DNA of 64,000 nucleotides from Alphaproteobacteria bacterium (GTDB lineage Bacteria; Pseudomonadota; Alphaproteobacteria; UBA828): NCBI GenBank assembly GCA_965214705.1, contig CBDCCI010000001.1, positions 448,001 to 512,000 of the forward strand, read 5' to 3'. Shown piece by piece: positions 58,684 to 64,000 of this stretch (position 1 is its first letter; each line of letters starts with the position of its first letter). The notes under the pieces were generated by a model. It saw only the letters and a program-made list of their open reading frames with translations, ran no database searches and was not told where the DNA came from. The position numbers and the translations under genes were made by a program.

Positions 58684-59671
58684 GCCCGCAACCCTCGGCC
58701 CGTGGCTCCGCCGGTTCTTCACCGAGCACATCGTCACCGAACGCAATCTGGCCAGGAACACCCGCAAGAGCTACCGCGACACCTTCCGCCTGTTGTTGCC
58801 CTTCGTCAGCCGAAAGGTGCGCAAGCCCGTAGACCGGCTCGCGGTATGGGACATCACATCCGGATGCGTGCGGGAGTTCCTCGCCCATGTCGAGACGGAT
58901 CGAGGTTGCTCCGTCCGGACTCGCAATCAGCGACTGGCTGCGATCCAGGCCTTCGCGCGCTTCGTCGGCAGCCGCGACCCGGTCCATGTCGAATGGTGCG
59001 GTCATATCCGGGCGATCGCGTCGAAGAGATCGGTGCCGCCGCCGGTCGGATGGCTGACCCGGGCGGAGATGGAGGCGATGCTGGCGCCGCCCGACCGCAA
59101 GACCCGGCGGGGCCGGAGCGAGTACGCGCTTATGCTCTTCCTGTACAACACCGGCGCAAGAGTGTCCGAGGCCATCCAGCTGAGGGTATGCGATCTGCAG
59201 ATCGGAACGCGGAAAGGCGGGCACGATCTCGCCACCTTGCACGGCAAGGGCGGCAAGACGCGCCAGTGCCCGCTATGGCCGGAAACCGAGCGCGTACTCG
59301 CGGAGGAGATCAGCGATCGCGCAGGCGATGACGCGGTGTTCGTCAGCCGGCTCGGGACACCGTTCACCCGCTTCGGCGTCTATCGGCTGATCGAGCGGTG
59401 TGCGGCCCAGGTCCCGGAACTGGCCGATCGGACGGTGACGCCGCACGTGATCCGGCACACCACGGCCTGCCACCTGGCCCTCGCCGATGTGGACATCAAC
59501 ACCATCCGTGCCTGGCTCGGACACGTCTCGATCAGCACGACCAACATCTATACCGAGATCGACCTGACGCTGAAGGCCAACGCCGTCGCGATGTGCGAGG
59601 TGGGCCAGCCGCGACCCGCTCGGTCATGGAAGGAGGACAAGGACCTCATGGCCTTCCTGAAGGCGTTGTAA
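58676..59671 (+). CDS. ritC: RIT element recombinase C
   Basis: SYRDTFRLL, TRNQRLAAI, LYNTGARVSE, HVIRHT, WLGH, TTNIY. Confidence 0.88.
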   Translation: MPEPATLGPWLRRFFTEHIVTERNLARNTRKSYRDTFRLLLPFVSRKVRKPVDRLAVWDITSGCVREFLAHVETDRGCSVRTRNQRLAAIQAFARFVGSRDPVHVEWCGHIRAIASKRSVPPPVGWLTRAEMEAMLAPPDRKTRRGRSEYALMLFLYNTGARVSEAIQLRVCDLQIGTRKGGHDLATLHGKGGKTRQCPLWPETERVLAEEISDRAGDDAVFVSRLGTPFTRFGVYRLIERCAAQVPELADRTVTPHVIRHTTACHLALADVDINTIRAWLGHVSISTTNIYTEIDLTLKANAVAMCEVGQPRPARSWKEDKDLMAFLKAL

Positions 59672-59695
59672 GCGGCGACGGGGCACCGGCCTCGG

Positions 59696-60742
59696 TCACC
59701 CCGTCCCAACTGTCCGCCGGCGCATGAAGCGAACCGCGTCCTCGGGGGCGAGTTGGATGCGCACAAATGCGCGGACGGCGCCCAAGTCGAACGCTTGCAG
59801 ATCCTCGTTGAGGTCGCCGAGGCGCGGAGCGAGGGCTAGCGCTTCGATGCCGGCCGCTTCGGCTCGTTCGGTGAGCACCGCGACCGCCGTATCGCCTGCG
59901 GGATCGTTGTCTCGCGCGATGTAGAGCCGTCGCAGACCGGCAGCCAGTTCGAGGGCGGCGAGGTGGTTCGCCGAGAGCGCCGCCGCCATGGGCATGGCGG
60001 GCAGCGCGCATCGCAGCGACAGCATCGTCTCGATGCCTTCGCCGGCGGCGAGGACGTTGCCGGCCGCACCGAACCGGACGGCATGGCCGAGAAGGTCGCC
60101 CATCGCGCGTCGCGGCGTATCGATCGGCGCCTTGCCCAACCCGTCCGGGGCGATCCAGGTGCGATGCACGCCGGTGATCGCGCCCGAGAGGTCGGTGACG
60201 GCGGCGATCATCGCCGGCCAGGTCTCGGTCGGCGCATGCCCATCCGGGCGATACCAGCAGCGCGGATGGAAGCGGAGCGCTTCGCAGCTCGTCAGATGTA
60301 CGATCCCGCGGTTGCGCAGGTACGCCTCGGCCAGCGTGCCGGCGATCGGTCTGGCGATCGCCCAGAGCCTGCGCGCAGCTTCGGCCGAGCCCCTCGGGGC
60401 GGGCGCTCTTGACGCGACCGGCGGTTCGGCCCGGGGCAGCGACAGGAAGCGCCGCGCCTCCTCGGCGACCTCGCGGAACTCCGTGAGCCCGCAGCTCTCG
60501 CGGATCACGTCGAGCAGGTCGCCGTGCTCGGCCGAGGCCGCATCGCTCCAGCGCCCGGCGGCCCCAGGGCCGGCCTCCGGCCCGCTCAGCCGCACGTACA
60601 TCGACCGGCCGGGCGTGTTGCGCACGTCGCCCACCATCCAGTAGCGGCCCTGACGCCGACCCTTCGACAGATAGTGGCGGCAGACCGCCTCGGCGTCGCG
60701 CGCGAGGCGCCGTGCCAGCTCGGAAGCGTCGCGCGGCATCAC
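59696..60742 (-). CDS. Toprim primase-like protein (inverted paralog with different C-terminus)
   Basis: First ~282 aa identical to 52738..53766. Confidence 0.85.
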   Translation of the reverse strand: MMPRDASELARRLARDAEAVCRHYLSKGRRQGRYWMVGDVRNTPGRSMYVRLSGPEAGPGAAGRWSDAASAEHGDLLDVIRESCGLTEFREVAEEARRFLSLPRAEPPVASRAPAPRGSAEAARRLWAIARPIAGTLAEAYLRNRGIVHLTSCEALRFHPRCWYRPDGHAPTETWPAMIAAVTDLSGAITGVHRTWIAPDGLGKAPIDTPRRAMGDLLGHAVRFGAAGNVLAAGEGIETMLSLRCALPAMPMAAALSANHLAALELAAGLRRLYIARDNDPAGDTAVAVLTERAEAAGIEALALAPRLGDLNEDLQAFDLGAVRAFVRIQLAPEDAVRFMRRRTVGTG

Positions 60743-60788
60743 GCGACCCTCCCCGCGGGACTGAGGTTATGTTGCCGAGAAACCGCAA

Positions 60789-63119
60789 GGTTAAGGGTTG
60801 GGCAGGCTCTCTCTCGAGAGCCTGCCCAACCCTTTTGAACGAAGCCGCGGGCCACGAGAGGCGAAGTTGAGCTATGTGGAAAGTGCGCTGATGTCAGCGT
60901 CAGGCGGCATCCACCGGCAGCAGAGTTGCGCATAAAATCGACGCTCGCGCCGGTCTTTCGGCAGGCATGCGGGCGCACGCTGCGAGGACTGAGCGGGGTG
61001 TGAGCCGAGGGCTGTCAGCCCGGCTCAAGCGGAGACAGGTTCGGTCGTGCGTCGGCGCTTTGGCGCCGTTGCGCGGGGCCGAAGCGAGCGGGCGTCTCAC
61101 GGTTTCCCCCTGTGGGTCGGCGGCAGCGCCGGCGGGCCGCGCGTCGAGCGGGGCTCATGGCGGCGGCGGATTTCGCGGACGAGGCGCATGACGCCGCCGC
61201 AGTGGGGGCAGGCCACGGGCGCGGTGCCGATCTCGGGCTCTTCGTCGGGCTCGGCCTGAGCGCCGTCCACGCTTCCCTCGGGGGCGGCGCAGCCGAGGGC
61301 GCCGAGAGCCTGGCGTGCTCTCTCCAGCGTGCTGGCGCGGCAGCCGTTGGCGAGGATGCCGAAGTAGCGAATGCGGTGCATGCCGTCCGGCAGGACGTGC
61401 CTCAGGAAGCGGCGGATGAACTCGTCGGCGCTCACGGTGGCGATGCCGTAGCGCGGCTTTCTCTGCCCCGGCGCCTTGGGCTTTCGGTGGCGGAAGGAGA
61501 CCGTCTCGCCGTCGAAGGAGACGATGCGGCTGTCGGAGATGGCGATCCTGTGCGTGTAGTGCGACAGGTACCGGAAGACCTGCTCAGGCCCGCGGAAGGG
61601 CCGCTTGGCGTAGACCACCCAGTCCCTGGCCCGGGCGGCGGCAAGCGTGGCGTGGAACTCGCCGGGATTGGCGAGGTGGGCGAGGGTGCCGTGGAACTCC
61701 AGGTCCCCCCGGCCGTGGGCGCGGGCGAGCTCCTCGAGGAAGAGGCGGCGGAACAGGCTGCCGAGGACCTTGACGGGGGCGAGGAAGGTGGTGCTCCCCG
61801 TCTTCCACTCGCCACTGTCTACGTCGAAGCCCGCGTTGGGCACGACCACGTGCAGGTGCGGGTGGAAGCGGAGCTTCTGATCCCAGGTATGGAGGACCGC
61901 GGTGCCGCCGATGCGCATGCCGCCGTGGCGGGGATCGGCGGCGATGGTGCGCAGGGTCTCGGCGACGGCCCGGAAGAGGATGTCGAACACCACCCTGCGG
62001 TTGCAGAAGGCAATGGCGGCAACCTCCTTGGGCAGGGTGAAGACCACATGGAAGTAGGGCACCGGCAGGATGTCCCCGGCGCGCTCCTCGCTCCAGAGGT
62101 TGGCGGCGAGACCCTGGCAGGTGGGGCAGTGGCGGTTGCGGCAGGAGTTGAAGAGCGGATGCTCGCGCCCGCAGCCCTCGCAGGCGTACATGTGGCCGCC
62201 GAGCACGGCGGTGCGGCACGCCTCGATGGCGCCCATGACCTTGAGCCGGGCGGCGTCGATGCGCCCTTTGTGGCGCTCACGGAAAGCGGCGCCGGCGCGG
62301 CGGAAGATCTCCGCCACGCCCGCGCGTTCGGCCTCCACGCGCCGTCAGTTGCGCAACGCTGCGAAGCCTGAGATCGGGTGGTCGAGGCCCTCGAACATCT
62401 TGCCGGTGACGCGGGCGTAGTGACGGGTCGTGTTCGCGCTTCGATGGCCGAGCATGTCCCGGATCACCTCGATATCGCCGCCGCGCTCGAGGAGATGGGT
62501 CGCCGCCGAATGGCGCAGGCAATGGAAGGTGTAGCTGCGGTCGAGCTCGGCAATGTCGCGCGCCCTCCTGAAGGCGGCCTGCAAGGTCTCCGTTGCGATG
62601 GGCCTGTCGAGCGAGACGCCGTAGAAGAGCCAGTTCGTCGGACGCGGCCAGATGTTCCTGTAGTAGACGCGCAAGTAGTGGATGACGATGTCCGGCAACG
62701 GTGCCATTCTCTCGGTGCCGCCTTTGCCGGAGGGGATGTGCAGCAGCTTCTTCTCCGACAGGATGTCGCCGACCTTGATGGCCAAGGTCTCGGAGATGCG
62801 GAGCCCGCCGCCATAGCCGGTGACAATGGCAGCACGGTGGCGGAGGTCGGGTGTCGCAAGGATGAGGTGCTCGACCTCCTGCTCCGACATGTAGCGCGGC
62901 AGCTTGCCGGGCTTCTTGCGGGAGCGCAGGCCGGCGACATGGTCAGGCCAGCCGAGTGTGTCGATGTAGAGGAAGTTCAGCGCGGCGAAGGAGACGTTGG
63001 TCGTGCCCGGACTGAGCCCCTTGTCGATCCGCCCCAGGTACCACTGGCGCACCTGCTCGGCGTCGAGCTCGTCCGGCGAGGCGTCGTAGTACCTGGCCAG
63101 GTTCTTGATCTCGCAGATG
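60789..63119 (-). mobile_element. Element A copy 4, interrupted in its recombinase by IS1634
   Basis: Reverse complement of copy 1 with a few SNPs; loop GAGA in element orientation. Confidence 0.9.
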
Positions 63120-64000
63120 GTTAAGCCGAACTTCCAGTGTGGGATAGTCAAAGAACCGTTGTGCGGCAGGGGTTTCGGCGAGTTTCGAAGCGACGATTAC
63201 TGGACAGGTTTGGCGGTGGTCATCCCCTTTTCGGTGAGCGCGGGCGCAGGATGGGGCCGCAGCCCGAGCAATGCGAACGCCCTTTCCTGCAGTTCGGTCG
63301 GCTTGGTCAGGGCGGGCACGGCGAAGTCGGTTCCGGTGGCGATCTCAGTGGCAGCAAGCGTGCCGAGATGGCCGAGGAGATCGCGGAAGTCGCACACCGC
63401 AAGTCCATCATCCGTCTTTCGGCGCTTGTCCTTGCGCCGGGCCTTTTCCGAGCGTTCCGGCGGCGCCACCGGGTTCGCGGACAGCGGCGCTCCGTCCTCC
63501 TCGGCGAACAGCAGCGGCGCCAGCCTGCGGCGCATGTGCCACTCGACATACCAAGCCAGCATGCAGATCAGAAGATGCGCCCGTACTCGGTCGTCGCGCC
63601 AGTGGAAGATCGGGCGGATCCGCAACGACACCGTCTTGAGCGAGCGGAAGGCGCGCTCGACGCGTGACAGGCTCTTGTAGACGCGGACCGCCTCGACGTC
63701 CTCGATCTCGTCCTCGTCCACGTTGGTGCGTATGACGTAGAGACCGTCGAGGGCGGCCTCGGCGTCGATCGACGCCCGGTCGCGTTCGCAACTGAAGGTG
63801 CCGCTGCCCTCGTCGAATTCGAAGCGGAAGTGCTTGGCCATCTTGCGGCGGCGCAAGGTTCCCAGCCGACGGTTCAACTCGTCGCGGTCGATGTCGCCGG
63901 CGGCGTGGCGCGCGGCGAAATCGCGCGCGTCCGTCTCGGTCGCATTGAGCAGCCCGTCGCGGTTGCGCTTGCGCTCGGCCGCCAGAACCGGGTTGTAGCA
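63120..64000 (-). mobile_element. IS1634-family element, partial (transposase C-terminus 63197..>64000)
   Basis: CYNP, EAALDGLYVIRTN, YKSLSRVERAFRSLK, RPIFH, RVRAH; end TTAAGCCGAACTT. Confidence 0.85.

Larger units (their letters stand above)
52692..60788. repeat. 894-bp inverted repeat pair (52692-53585 / 59895-60788) flanking the RIT genes
   Basis: Identical translated proteins up to DNDPAG, then divergent C-termini. Confidence 0.9.

Overview
GC-rich, almost entirely accessory window. It holds two inverted, diverged copies of an integrative-element backbone (toprim primase, DUF2493/SLOG gene, repeat region), each carrying a Slam-type exporter plus surface-lipoprotein module, arranged around a tandem pair of tyrosine integrases. 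The backbone is overlaid by nested mobile DNA: two group II introns, a canonical IS66, two IS66-like elements carrying a DUF4338 (DruA/Mom-like) gene with ~200-bp terminal inverted repeats, two IS1182-like copies plus a 20-bp end scar, a MITE, a RIT trio flanked by 894-bp inverted primase copies, an IS1634 fragment, and five 'tyrosine recombinase + IS91-like HUH transposase' elements (four copies of type A, one of type B). The most striking signal is in the type A elements. Their terminal 19-bp hairpin has a 4-nt loop in flip (TCTC) and flop (GAGA) orientation among otherwise near-identical copies, and joining the two ends rebuilds one long bulged palindrome. The divergent type B element has the same end architecture. 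All family assignments come from reading motifs by eye, not from database searches.
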